DNA of 64,000 nucleotides, from contig NC_057718.1 in assembly GCF_004010195.1 (NCBI RefSeq), forward strand, positions 62,954,225-63,018,224. The letters are read 5' to 3'. Shown here piece by piece: positions 12,311-25,249 of this stretch. This DNA is from Chiloscyllium plagiosum (Eukaryota). How positions within the stretch are numbered: the stretch's first letter is position 1; every line of letters begins with the position of its first letter. The position numbers were made by a program, and so were the translations under genes. The notes beneath the pieces were generated by a model. That model was not told the DNA's origin and did not search any database. It was given only the letters and a program-made list of their open reading frames with translations.

Positions 12311-14549
12311 TATCACAACTTCACTTCCAAACTTGAAAATGCCTACTTACCTCAGTTTTTATTTAGTTTCTTCAACTGGATAAATACTGAACAAAATTTT
12401 TATGGTCCTTTGGAAATAGCTCAACTATTGTTTACAATGCAGGAACAAACATTCACTGCTTATCAATTTTAGCCATCTTTTTGAGGGTTTTCCAGGGAAA
12501 GGGGAGGGGAGGAGGAACACACTGCCACTTCAATTGCTTACCAAACAAATTAAAACTACCAGCTCTTTAGCCAGCCTAACCTTTGTAGCAATATGGTAGA
12601 CACAACTATAGCCTTCGGAACATCTGGATTTAAGTCTCAAGGGGAGTGACTTTTTTTTTTTCAATTTCTCCTTAGAGTAAATCAGTCAAATCAATATAAG
12701 CCATTTTTATTCGATTCAATTAGATTCTACAGGCTTTGCAATATAATGGTCGAGTCCTTTCTGCAAGCAATGTGCTACCACCACAATCTTCACCACCTCC
12801 CTGGATCAGTACCAGCCCACCCACTATCAGCAAGGGCACTGGATGGACGATTTCAGCATTATCATGTACCCCATTACTTAACTATTACTTAATATATGCA
12901 GTCAAACCTTTCTACTTGGTCCTTCAGTGAATGGTCAATGGTTAAGCTTCACCATTCAAGATGTATTCAGATCTTTTACATATTCTCATGAATGAATCAG
13001 CTAGGTTTGAGCATTGAGGGCATTATCTGTTTTTTCTTTGTGATCTGCATTGGTGTTTATGGTCCATTTAGGCATTCTCACTTAACAAATGGTATTCTTC
13101 CCTATAGATGTATGTGACAGGTGACTTCAAATGACATGTCTTCTACTGATGGCACCCTGTGCTTTGAGAAATGCAACAAACAAGTGGAATGCGTAAGATT
13201 TGTCCTTTTGCCTATCTGAAGATATCACAAGCAGTAAAGTGAGAAAACCTGCAAAATGACGTGACCGACCAACTGCAGACTTTCATTGCATCACAGTGAT
13301 GTTGCAAATGCCATTAATGTTTGACTGAAATGATCACATGCATAACAAAGCACTATAGTTGCCTTCACTGTCTATTAACAAGGTTCCATGAAAGCTAGAG
13401 CTAGCTTCCTCCACTTTTACTTTGTTTGAGATACAGGAAGTACCCAAGACAAAGCTCAAAAGCTACGTCTTCATGTTCAATTAATTTATTAATTCCACGA
13501 CCAATTTAAACGTAGGCCCTTCAAAAGAAATTATTAATAGTCTGCCACCAATGTTTTTACACTGTAACCAATGCAAAGATTTTTTTAAATGGTCAATGCT
13601 TAAGTAATAGCAGTTCATCAGCAATTTGACTCCCAAGGCTACTGCCATATCCTATTGTATAGGGTAGGCATAGAAGGATTTAGAATCAAAAAGAGGAAAA
13701 ACATAGTGTCAGACTGCCAGTCAATACAAATTAGCAAACAGAAAGGCAATGAGTGTACCAAGTTCTGTTTAAAGATAGGATACAGATGGGTTTGGGCAAA
13801 CCAAATTTCTAAATGGTGCAAAGTGGATTGCTGGTCAGGGAGCAGTCAGGTTTAGGGTTAGGGTTTTAGCATCTGATGTATTATGGATAAGGGAGACAAC
13901 ACATGCAGGCTTTGTTACTGTAATGGAAAATTATCCATTTACTGTGAAATTAATTATCCAGCTACTGTGAAATTTGAAAGAGAATGCTTTTCTTTAACTT
14001 AATGCTGCATAAGTTAAATAATACTTTGATGAAGGCCTGTAGTCAGCTTATCTCGGTTTGAATTCTGTAAACATTCAACTTGACCTTGCGATAGTCAAAC
14101 TCAGTGAAAGCTAAAGAACTGTTATGTCTAAGACTAGGGGATTCACCCTAGAGAGCGTGATAAGAAACAGGATAAAGCAAGTGTCTGTGCCATGCTAAGG
14201 CACTTTTTTACATTAAGGCATCTAGCATTTGTGTACTGGAGTCACTTCTGCAGAAGTAAAAATAAAGCTCCTTTCTTTCCTCTTGCTAATAGTTGAGTCA
14301 AGTTGATTTAATTTCCACGACAGTTACAGATCTGGAAATAGGCAAGATGTTAGTAATTCTTTACATCTTTCGTTACATTGTACTTTGCCTTTATTAGGAA
14401 CTCCATCTTAAAGGCAGCAATTTCCAAAAAGAAACTGACAACTAATAGAAGATGCTACCTATCCTGACTTCATCATGAATCCAATTGAACCATTCTAAAC
14501 AAATTGCAATGTGTCAGAAACTATAGGAAATGAACTTATCCCAATTTAT

Positions 14550-14772
14550 GGAGAAAGTGAGGTCTGCAGACGCTGGAGATCAAAGCTGAAACTTTATTGC
14601 TGGAACAGCACAGCAGGTCAGGCAGCATCTAGGGAACAGAAGATTCGACGTTTCGGGCACATGCCCTTCTTCAGGAATGTGAGAAGAAGGGCATGTGCCC
14701 GAAACGTCGAATCTTCTGTTCCCTAGATGCTGCCTGACCTGCTGTGCTGTTCCAGCAATAAAGTTTCAGCTT
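14550..14772. mobile_element. Young PLE family A fold-back insertion: perfect 90-bp inverted repeat, 15-bp TSD
   Basis: Arms 14583-14672 and 14683-14772 are exact reverse complements with a 10-nt spacer. TSD CTTATCCCAATTTAT at 14535-14549 and 14770-14784. Confidence 0.9.
14643..14678 (-). ncRNA. Intact minimal type I hammerhead ribozyme motif on the USP34 sense strand
   Basis: AUUC-CUGAAGA-A-GGGCA(UG)UGCCC-GAAA-CGUC-GAAU. Stem I AUUC/GAAU is perfect, stem II intact, GUC triplet, palindromic ACGU stem III. Confidence 0.75.
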
Positions 14773-15182
14773 ATCCCAATTTATATCAAGGCAAGTATTC
14801 TCATAAGCCCCAATTTACATCTCAAAATAAATATCTTTCCACTCCATATTTATATTCAATTTTCAAGTTCCCTAAAATAATCGTGTCAGGTTTTTCGATC
14901 TTTGAGGACTGCGTAGGTGTATACCATAAAGTCTCAGACGACATAAGTCTCAAAAGAACTCATTTCAAATCTACAGGAACTCAAATGAATTCTGCAACTC
15001 ACTGGATAATAAATAAAAAGGGGCATTTATTTTATTTGCTTCGGGTTGAAGGACCAGATTCCCCGGCTTAAGAATCTGGAGGTGGTCAGAGTTTGGATAT
15101 AATGCCCTAAAATACAGGCAACCTAAATCAAAACATCCTGTTTTTCATACAACTTAAAACTATTCGGCAATCCAAGCAATAA

Positions 15183-15475
15183 GGGCAGCACAGTGGCTCA
15201 CAGCACTAGCGTCCCAGGTTCGATTCCAGCCTTGGGTGACTGTCTGTGTGGAGTTTGCACATGCTCCCAGTGTCTGCGTGGGTTTCCTCTGGATGCTCCG
15301 GTTTCCTCCCACAATCCAAAGCTGTGCAGGTCAGGTGAATTGGCCATGCTAAATTGCCCATAGTGTTAGGTGCATTAGTCAGAGGGAAATGGGTCTGGTT
15401 GGGTTGATCTTCAGAGGGTTGGTGTGGACTGGTTGGGCCGAAGGGCCTGTTTCTACATTGTAGGGAATCTAATCT
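15183..15475 (+). mobile_element. tRNA-derived V-SINE (HE1-like)
   Basis: A-box-like agtggctca, B box GGTTCGATTCC, V-domain ctgtgtggagtttgcac...ggtttcctcccaca, and LINE-type tail gggccgaagggcctgttt...aatctaatct. Confidence 0.85.
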
Positions 15476-15644
15476 AAAACAGTTCTATGTTATCAATGTG
15501 AAAAATATAATAATTAATTATTAGATAGCTCTCGGCTACATGTAACAAGTATGCAGAAATACAATTGCGAATAAACGAGACAGCCAAAATAACTAAGTGA
15601 CTACTGAAAAGTAGTAAGGAAGAACAAATGATTTTAAAATAAAA

Positions 15645-15770
15645 ACTGAAAGAACTGCAGATGCTGCAAGTCCAAAACAAAATCAAAAATTGCTGAAATA
15701 GCTCAGCAGGTCTGGCAGCATCTGTGGAAAGAAATCAGAGTTAACATTTCGGACCTTTCCTCAGAACAGA
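15645..15770 (-). mobile_element. PLE family D terminal fragment; HHR with collapsed stem II
   Basis: Minus strand reads CTGAGGA-AAGGTCC-GAAA-TGTTAAC...GATGCTGCCAGACCTGCTGAGC...CAGCATCTGCAG. Confidence 0.6.
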
Positions 15771-16390
15771 ATTCCTGTTTTTTTGAAGGTTTAAAAGTAT
15801 ATTTTTGTTACTTCAGTCTCCATAGCTATTTCAAAGGAAGTTGCAATTACTCAATTGACAAGATACTTGGGTAACCTTGCAGATTATGAGCTTTTATAAT
15901 AACAGTCAGAATATGTTACATAAGACCTTCATTTTTTAAAACTTTTCCTTAATTATTAAAAATACATTTAGGTTTCACACATTCTTTAAGCACTCAGATA
16001 ACTTAATTCAAAACATACTTGATCTGGAGTGCCTGCTTGGATTTCAAGAGTCTGAACATGCCACGAATGATGAAAACAAAGTAACTGGTCTCCAAGTGGT
16101 AGAAAATATGGTGCAGAAGATAGGAAGAGGCAAAAAAACCTGACCTTGTGTTTTGTCCAGAGAGTATAGCCTTCTACACAACAGTAAAGTTTAGTCAGTG
16201 TCAAATACTGGTTTCTTTATATATGTTCTGTGAGGCTATTAAGGGTTAACACAGATTCCAGAGGCACCAGAGCACCTCTTTGCAAGCGGTCTACAGCAGA
16301 TCTTATTCTGACATATTTTATAATTGTTCTGCTCTTCTAAATCTCAATTCTAAATCTACCAGAATTTCTAACAATGCTTTTTTAAATCTA

Positions 16391-16613
16391 CAGGTCATTC
16401 TGCTATAAATTTTGCATGTTTTGTCAATGCAAATTCGCTGTAACGTGATTGACGAATTGAAGACACTGTTTCTTAAGCACGAACTTTTAAAACTTGCGTT
16501 GGTTGTAACATAATTACATCACCAACATGTTAAGCACTGTTTCTAAAGCGCAATTTTTCTATAATGCAGGGTTGTACAAGAACGCAAACCTTGCATTATA
16601 GAAGAATTGCCTA
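16391..16613. mobile_element. Tc1/mariner-pogo-type MITE
   Basis: Left end TA|CAGGTCATTCTGCTATAA; right end TTATAGAAGAATTGCCTA|TA. Imperfect TIRs and TA TSD. Confidence 0.6.
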
Positions 16614-17139
16614 TACTCTCAGGCTTGAAGATTCCCCAAGACCCAATTACTGACACTGAAGGCAGGCCTAGAGGGATCACAGACCTACGGGCTTCTCACA
16701 AACCTGACCTCACCATGGAAACCTGGAACCAAGGCCCAATCAATGCATGAACAAGACCCCACAGTGACCAGACATCTAGGAGTCCCAACCAGACTGACTG
16801 GAAGACACCCCCAGAGCACTGATGGATACGACTAGCACCCAGGAACCCAGCAGATGTACTCACATTTCTTGCCGTTGCTGGAACTGCAAGTCCAGAGGGA
16901 TCAGAGGATTTCCAGTCTCTTGCAGGCCTGACCTCCCTAACCTTGTGGATACTCATATCTGAGGTGACCAGACATCAAGACCAACTGCAAGACACCTCAA
17001 AATGCTCAAGGTTGCAAATGGTGCCCAGGACCCCCATGCACTTACCTTCCCAGAGCAGTGGATTTCCCTCATTGACACCTGGGATCAACTTGGAACAGCC
17101 ATGTATCAAGGAAATGTGGGAGATGCAATGGACTTATGG

Positions 17140-18675
17140 TGAGACGGAAACTTTGAGGTTTACGTCCCTGTCCAGCATACACCTGGCAAACATCCAAGCC
17201 ATTGAACACAAGATGGATAACCTCAACTTCCAAAGACAATTAAGGAACCACCGTATGCTATGTTTTGCAGAAACAGGGCTCACGCCAGCTATACCTGACT
17301 GTGCCCTACAGCCTGGGGCTCTGCAACACACAGACCAGACACACACACAAAAGAAAATCTTGAGACAGAATACCTCAAGGCCTTGTTCATCATGATTCAA
17401 GACTTCAACCAGGCCAACCTCAAGAAAGTGCAACGAAAATACCTTCAACACATCTCATGTGCCACCAGAGATCCAAACATCCTTGACCACTGTTATACAA
17501 CCAAAGATGCCTACCACTCCAGCCCCCATCCGTTTTTTGGTAAATGAGACCATAATGCTGTGCTCCTCCTCCTGGCAAACAAGCAGAAATTGAAGTGCAA
17601 GGACTGAGGAAATGGAAGGGCTTCTACAGGACTGCTTAAGAGTTGGTGGACTGGTCCATATTCAAGAACTTAGTGGCCAACCTAAATGAATATGCCACTA
17701 CCGTTACAGACTTCACAAGTATGTATGTAGAACACTGCATGCCAAAGAAATTAATGCAAACATTCCTCAATTGAAACCGGGAGAACCACTCTCTAATGAA
17801 GTCCAGGTTTGAGATGTTCAAGTTAGGTGATCCTGACCTATACAGGAAATCAAGATATGACCTTCTGTGGGCCAACTAGCATGCTTCCACACTGTAGGGG
17901 TTCTATGATTCTGCCACCATTGTAGGCAATATCTCAAACAATGAAAGAGAATATAGGGAAGAAAATGAATGCTAAGTGGCAAGTCAACAATCTCTCACAT
18001 TGACTTCAGGAAGTGGAATGGAGGGCAGGCCCCCAATGGTGCTACGGTGGAGGTGGTCAACAGCATCAAATTCCTGGGAGGGATGGTCACTAATAATCTA
18101 CCCTGGTCCAGCTACATCGACATAACTATCAAGAAAGCACAATAATGCCTCTATTTCCTCAGGAGGTTAAGGAAATTGTGGATATGCCCACAAAACCTCT
18201 TACCAATTTTTATAGATGCACCATTGAAAGCACCCTATTTGGATGCATCACAGCATAGTATGCCAACTGCTCTTCCCAAGACTGCAAGAAACTACAGAGA
18301 GTTGTGAACACAGTCCGGTCCATCATACACACCAGCTTTCCATCAATTGACTCCAACTATACTTTCTACTGCCTCAGGAAAGCAAATCAACATAATCGAA
18401 GAACCCTCCCACCCTAGTTATACTCTCTTCCACCCTCACCCACTGGGTACAAGATATAAAAGTTTGAGTGCATGTATGAACAGATTCAATAACAGTTTCA
18501 TCCCCAATGTTATCAGACTTTTGAACGGATCTGATCTCTCTCTGCAACTGTAATTGTATTCTGCACTCTGTTCTGCTATCTGATGCACTTTGTATGTTAT
18601 GATCTGCCTCTAGAGCACACAAAACAATATTTTTCACTGAATCTCAGTACATGTGACAAAAATAAATCAAATCAA
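17140..18675 (+). mobile_element. Internally deleted Rex1/Babar-type LINE (may extend 5' to ~16620)
   Basis: APE N-terminus LANIQAIEHKMDNL...MLCFAETGLTP and C-terminal FYRCTIESTLFGCITA. 3' end cagtacatgtgacaaaaataaatcaaatcaa. Confidence 0.7.
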
Positions 18676-21600
18676 GTCTTTACTTATGAATAATTAATAA
18701 AAAGGTACTTCAGGGCAATAAGAGTCAACTCCATAATATGGAAGTGCAGTCATATACCTATTATAGTGTGAAGGGACAACTAGATTCCGGCTCCAAAGGC
18801 ATTAAGTAAACCAGATGCACTTTTACAATGTACAAGATTTAATGTAATTTCTCCGGTGCTATCACACAAATTAGCAATTCACCCAAGCTCATCCTAACAT
18901 ACTACAGTGAAATCTGAACTCTGAATAGTTGTCTAATAACATAAGCAGGTGGCTATCAAATGCTCTATTACTGTAAAGTACAGATAAACTATTAGTGAGT
19001 ACATAATCAATCTGAACTGCAATGGCCTTCATTGCAAATAATTTATCACCATTCTTTTTAGTGACATGAGAAATGGATAAAACACAAGAGATCTGCCAGT
19101 ATCTGTGGAACTCATTCCTACATTTTCAAAAATCAGAACATTAGAGAGGAATGGGATTTAAAAATCAATAAGCAACATTCTCTCATATCTCATACAAAAA
19201 AAAAGTTCAAGATGCTATTCCCAGTGTATTCATGTCCAAATCATCACTTTAAACATGAAATATATTTATATGTAACATTCTAGAACTTTGTTTTCCAAAT
19301 GGACACCAACAGGTGACTAAGATGGCTGCTAGGGGTCAGACGTCCCTTGAATTCAACACAGACCACATCAAGCTTGCAGAAAGTTACTTCTGAAATCATC
19401 CAGAATGGGGGTCACCCCCTTCAAATGAATATATCCAAAGAACACTCTGCTTTTTGATTTCATATTTTATTGTTATTGGTTTACTCTAAACTCAGAATAA
19501 ATGAATTTCTACACTTCATGTCCTCAAGTTTGCATCCTATCAAAGGAAAAACTGCAGGAAACTAGCTAGTACAAACAGGTGTGAAGCAGACATCATCTAA
19601 CTTTCATTGTGCAGAATGGCTTTCGCTTTAAACCATTTGGGATGGACAACAGTCGCTGATGTGACTGAAGCTTGTTTTTGATAACAAAATCCTTTATTAA
19701 CCCAAGAAACTGAAACAGTCTGCAAATAATAGCACTGCAGAATACCAGCCAACAGACCAAAGTCGAATTGAAACGGCTATATCTTAATAAGACATCCAAT
19801 CTGATCCCTAAATGAAGTCCATCTCTAATGAAATTTGATCTTCTGCTAAAAGAAATCTAACTTTAAGACCTACTGAACATTCAGTTCTTCAAAGGAATCC
19901 TGCAAGAATCCAGAAATTGGACTCCACCGATTTGAACCTACCTTAAACTACACTTCAAGAGTGAAAAATTTGCTGTTCTGGGTCCATAGCTGTTACTATG
20001 AACTAATAACTAACATTTTGTTAACCAAATGTAGAAGTACACCACTGTCTTCAACTATAAATTTGTGTGCGTGGGTGTAAGTAATATAGCACTGATATTT
20101 TTGGATGAATGGGGGAATGTGTGAATAAATAATCCTATTTATTCAAACCCTTAAAAGCATGGCGATGTTGTTTAAATTGACCTAGACTCCAGGACCTAGG
20201 AAATACATGTATCCTCTACGCTAAAATCCACAATGATTGAAGAAAGTAAGAGAAAAAAGTTACAGGGTTTCACAGTTCACTCCTGCTCTTTCCACAACAC
20301 AGATGACGGCAATACAAACTTATACATTTAGTTGCACCAACGCTTGACCTTCAATCTCTAATTTTGCCATCAACTATGTGTATTAGTACAATTTGTTGAC
20401 TTTTCTCCAAAGATACTTTTCACACAGAAGATTGCAAAATATAATAAATCATCCACCTGCAAAGCCCTAGGAACCTTTAAATGGACTTAGGGTAAAGACT
20501 TTGCCTTCATTGCAAACTACTAGTCAGGTGAACTTTATTGTAATTTTCCCCCCACACACAAATCTATGGCTACTAGATCTCATATTTAAGTCTAAGTCTC
20601 TCAATCAGTCTTTCAGCAGACCGTCATGGTACCTTTGCAGACAATATCATAACCATAGTGCAATTAATGTAATTCAATCTGGCATTTTAAAACAAATTCA
20701 GTGTTCACTTTCAAATACAGACTTGGCTTTTTTTAAAAAAAAAGAACATAGCTTAATCTGCATTTATTTCAAGAGATCCCATTTCACCACAAAACTCAGA
20801 TCATCAATTAAAGTATTCCCAAAATTCCAGCGACAAAGTTTAGTACAAATGATAACATAAGCAAGAAATTTGCACTTCCAACAACTACAAAACCAATTAA
20901 GAAAATGAATACCTCCAATAAGATATGATCTTACATCATTTGTTTATTCTCTATATTTGAATATCACTGGTAATTAAGTTAATTAATGCCAATCACTAGA
21001 CATTCTCAAAAGGTGGCGTTGGTTTATCTTCTTTAACTACTACAGTGCATGTGGTGCCAATGCATGGGTAAATCCAATATTGAGACATAATGGCCTAAAT
21101 TTTGAGGTCCCAATGGCAGCGACTGTCAAGTCTGTAAATTCTGTGCTGATGCCAAATACCAGAATTACACTCTGCATTAACAAGGGGATTATACAACAAT
21201 GATTGTAATTAACTATTCTGTAAAACTGGGCTCTGCTGTGACAATTTGGCTAACTGCCAAGAAATTACTCTAATTCGCCCAATTTTTGATAGCTCTTAGC
21301 TGACAGACTCTGTTCATAAGATTCTGCAAATAACAAGCCTTTTAATCTAAAGCACTATGCTACAAACATATCAAAACAGATCAAGGGTTTCCTAACAGTT
21401 GGATTGTTTGCAATGCAAAATTTCAGATACACAGGACATTTCTTTCTAAAAGTTAATTTTTTTTTTAGAAACTGCTGAGGTGCTTTTACAATAGCAAACT
21501 CTGCCATAAAATACAGATGTTTATTGGATGATAAGGTGGTTATAGGGTAGATAGTAATTGATAGCAAACTCCTTTAAAATGAATAAAATAGTCTGTGTGC

Positions 21601-22725
21601 ACTGATATAATTGTGTACAACAGCCTCAAGACTACCCATACATTTCAGATTATTTGCATCGTTCCCCAAGACATTTTCCCAGTACTCCAATGATTGTAAG
21701 GCGTTGACAGCATTCAAGACTTAGTTGATGCTGAGCATCAGGATTAACAGAGGAAGTACTTGTTGCCTTTAATTATTTCTGCTTTTTTCAATTTTATATT
21801 TACAGAACTCCGGGAAGAAGAGCAATGTAGTTCTCAGTGGTTTGTCTCGGATTTGGACGCAGCTACGTTTTAAGTCGAATACGATTTGCATCATAAGCCA
21901 GTGACCAAAGTCTACAAGGGGTACCTGTATTAAATAAAAGAACTTCAGTCTGTCTTTATATAATTTTGGTATCAAAGTATTAAATTATAGTAGCTACCAA
22001 CAAAAGGACAAATCAATTTTAATAATATCACTTCCGATCTTGTCTTCGCAATGGTATGGGTGGAAAACTAAGGCAAGGGGCTGAAGAATTAAAATGAATA
22101 TTTTATAACAGTGCATCGCTGTTCCTTCATCGTCACTTGATCAAAATCTAGAAACTCCCTATCCATTTTCACTGTAGAGGTATCTTCACCACAGGCCCTA
22201 GAAGACCTCAAGATGGCAATTGGCCATCACCTTCTCAGTTAATAGACAGATTTTGTTTAAATTTAAATGAGATATGTTGACTTTGAATGGTTAGGATAAA
22301 TGTTTAAATTTTAAAGAGAGCAAAGCATTGCAGCTATCAGTGAGCGCTAATTGGTGCATTCTTATGGTAACATCTCTAATAATTAGTGTCGACTTGACAA
22401 ACTTCCAATAGTCCCCTCTCATTTAGTATAACTGTTGATTTTCCCTTTGAACTGATATTCTTGCAAAAATGTCCTGATGAGTGCAAGATAATAAGCTTTG
22501 GCAAAATGTGTCCATCAAACAGGCATAAATTATTTTATTCATCCTTATGGCAGAAACTGCCTATGCAAACTTATTATAATTACACCCTACTACCACTGAT
22601 GGTTATGAAATGTGAAGAGGAAGAGCAGGTGCAATGTACACCAAGACAAATCTACACAAGCAATGTCAAATTTCAGGCACAGGAGTTCATAACACAAAAC
22701 ATCAACATGACATGCTCACAGACAC

Positions 22726-24138
22726 AAGTCATTAAAATGTGAAGCTGGAAGAACACAGCAGATGAGACAAAAAAAAAGAGCTGCTGGAAGAGCAGGCAAG
22801 TTGATGTTTTCAGTAAGGCACTTCATCAGGACACTGGGGAGGGGTAAAGGAGCTCAGAAATAAATGGAAGGGTGGGGCTAGTGATAGTAGATGCAGGTAG
22901 AGATTTATTATAATTCGGCAGTGGAAAGGGTGCAGTGGATGGGTGAGAAGGAAGATGGACAGGTTAGGTCAGTTAAGGAGGCAGGGAGGAGAGGGAGGGC
23001 TGGACATGGGTTAAGGGTAAGTGTGGGGAGATTTTGAAGCTAGTGAACTCTATGTTGAAGCCATTGGGTTCAAAGCTCCCGAGGTGAAATATAAGGTGTT
23101 GTTCCTCCAGTTTGCATGTGGCCTAATTTTGTCACTGGAGGAGGCCCAGGATGGACATGTCACCAAGGGAATAGGAGGGGGAATTGAAACGCCTGGCAAC
23201 CTGAAGGTGGAGTTTATTGGAGTGTACAGACTGCAGATTCTCTGTGAACCAGTCCCCAATTCTGCGCTTGGCCTCTCCAATGTAGATGAGACTACATCAG
23301 GAGCAATGGATGTAATAAACCAGGTTAGTAGTGCAGGTGAATCGTTGCCGGGATTTAGAATGATTGTTTGGGGCCTTGGATGAAGGTGAGAGAGGTGTAG
23401 TAGGGGCAGGTTGCAGGGAAATATGCCAGGTGTGTAGGAGAGGTTGGTGGAGAGTACGGAACTGATAAGGGAGTCATGGAGTAAGTGGTCTCTACGGAAA
23501 GCAGATGGGGTGGAAGGAAATATCTTTTTAATGGTGGGGCCTGACTGCAGTTGACTAGAGCGGCAGAGGATATGTTGGATTTCAAGATTGATGGGATGGT
23601 ATGTGAGGACAGGGGAACTCTATCCTTATTGGGTTGGGGGAGGGGATGTGTGGACTGAAGTGTGGGAAATGGAGGAGATGCAGTTGAGGGCATTATTAAA
23701 TCACCGGCGAGGGGAAATTATGGTCCTTGAAATAGGAAGACATCTGGGAAGTCCTGGAGTGGAATCCCTCATCCTGGGAGCAGATGTAGCGGAGGCAGAG
23801 GAATAGGGACTATGGGATTGTATTTTTGCAGGAGGGTGGTGAGAGAAAAGTATAGCTAAGGTAGCTATTGAAATCGGTGGATTTGAAATAGATGTCAGTG
23901 CTAAGTCGGTTACCAAAGATATAGACTGAGTGTTCCAGGAAGGGAGAGAGGTGTCAGAGATAGTCCAGGTGAATTTGAGGTAGGGGTGGAAGGTGTGGGT
24001 AAAACTCGATCAGTTCATCAAACAGTCTTGACCCGAAACATCGACTTTCTTGCTGTTCCGATACGGTCTGACCTGCTATGCTCTTCCAGCTCCACATTTT
24101 GACTTTGACTTACAGCATCTGAAATCCTTACTATCTCT
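22726..24138 (-). mobile_element. 5'-truncated Penelope-like retroelement (RT C-terminus plus GIY-YIG endonuclease remnants) with an inverted terminal copy and 13-bp TSD
   Basis: Manual minus-strand translation gives HTFHPYLKFTWTISDTSLPFL...TDIYFKSTD (RT), VYYIHCS*CSLIYIGEAKRRIGDWFTENL (GIY-YIG) and KLEEQHLIFHLGSFEPNGFNIEF. TSD TGCTCACAGACAC at 22713-22725 and 24139-24151. Degenerate HHR at ~22800-22832 (-). Inverted terminal copy at ~24015-24138. Confidence 0.88.
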
Positions 24139-24214
24139 TGCTCACAGACACCAACTTCATCAAGATAGAGAGCAAAGAAATCTAACAAAATGAACACATG
24201 AACAAGACAGACTG

Positions 24215-24830
24215 GTTGGCTATTCTGACCCCAAGCCTGTTCCACTGTTTAATAAACTGATCTGATTTTAATCAGAAATCCAAATTTCTGTCTACCTCAA
24301 TAAACTCTCGCCTAACCCCCCCATTCCAAACAAGAATTTTCCTTTATCTTAAAATATTTAAAGGAATCCACTTCCACCACTTTTTCAGAAAGGAAGAGCT
24401 CCAAACTCTTACACTAGAGAAAAACATTTGCCTCATTTATCTTTTAGAACTGGACAGCACAGGAATGGGCCCTTATTTTTTAAAAAGATGTGAGCCCTAC
24501 TTCTAATTACCTGACAAATGAAGCATCTACTCCACATCTACTCTGTCAAGGCTTCTCAAGATCTTGTGCGTTTCTATCAAATCACCTCTAAACATGCTTT
24601 TAAAAATTCTAGTAGATAGCAACCGAGCGTGTCTAGCCGCTCATTGCTCAGTGACCCAGATCCCTCTGCATCTCAGGTATCTGTAATTTCTCATCATTCA
24701 GATAATATCTTTGTTTTGTTCTTCCTACCAAAATGACAATTTCACATTTTCCCACTTTATATCACATTTGCCAGATCTTTGCCTACTCGCTTAACCTATC
24801 TATACTTTGTAACTTCTTGCCCACTTTCCT
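24215..24830 (-). mobile_element. Decayed CR1 3' fragment
   Basis: Resembles the minus-strand CR1 ends at ~9865-10080 and ~44030-44410. Confidence 0.5.
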
Positions 24831-25249
24831 CATTAATAATTATTTTCAAAGAGTCATTCACATCTGTCATTTTCTGTTTCTTGTATATTCTGTCCAATCT
24901 TCTGACACACCACTGATCTGTGCGTAATAATATACTTTGTTTGGATAATATTTTTAACCTTTCAAGTTAACCATGAATGTTAGGTCTGTCCCTTATTTCT
25001 TATTTGTTATACACTCTATCCTTATTACCCAGTGATTCGCTACCATGGATCTGTGTGCTCACAAGGATGGCCCCAGACCCATTTTCTTTACTGCCTCATC
25101 CAGCTGATCATGTGGTCTTTTGAGGTACATAGAAAAGTTACACTGCAGCAGTATCTGCATTTTCTGTTATCCATGGGACATCCATGTCCATATCCCTCAT
25201 AGATAAGGAGGATTATCTAATCTGTTTATTCCAAATTATCCCCTCACAT

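Noticed and set aside
13850..13866. Interstitial telomeric repeat
   Set aside because: Only two TTAGGG units, consistent with chance.
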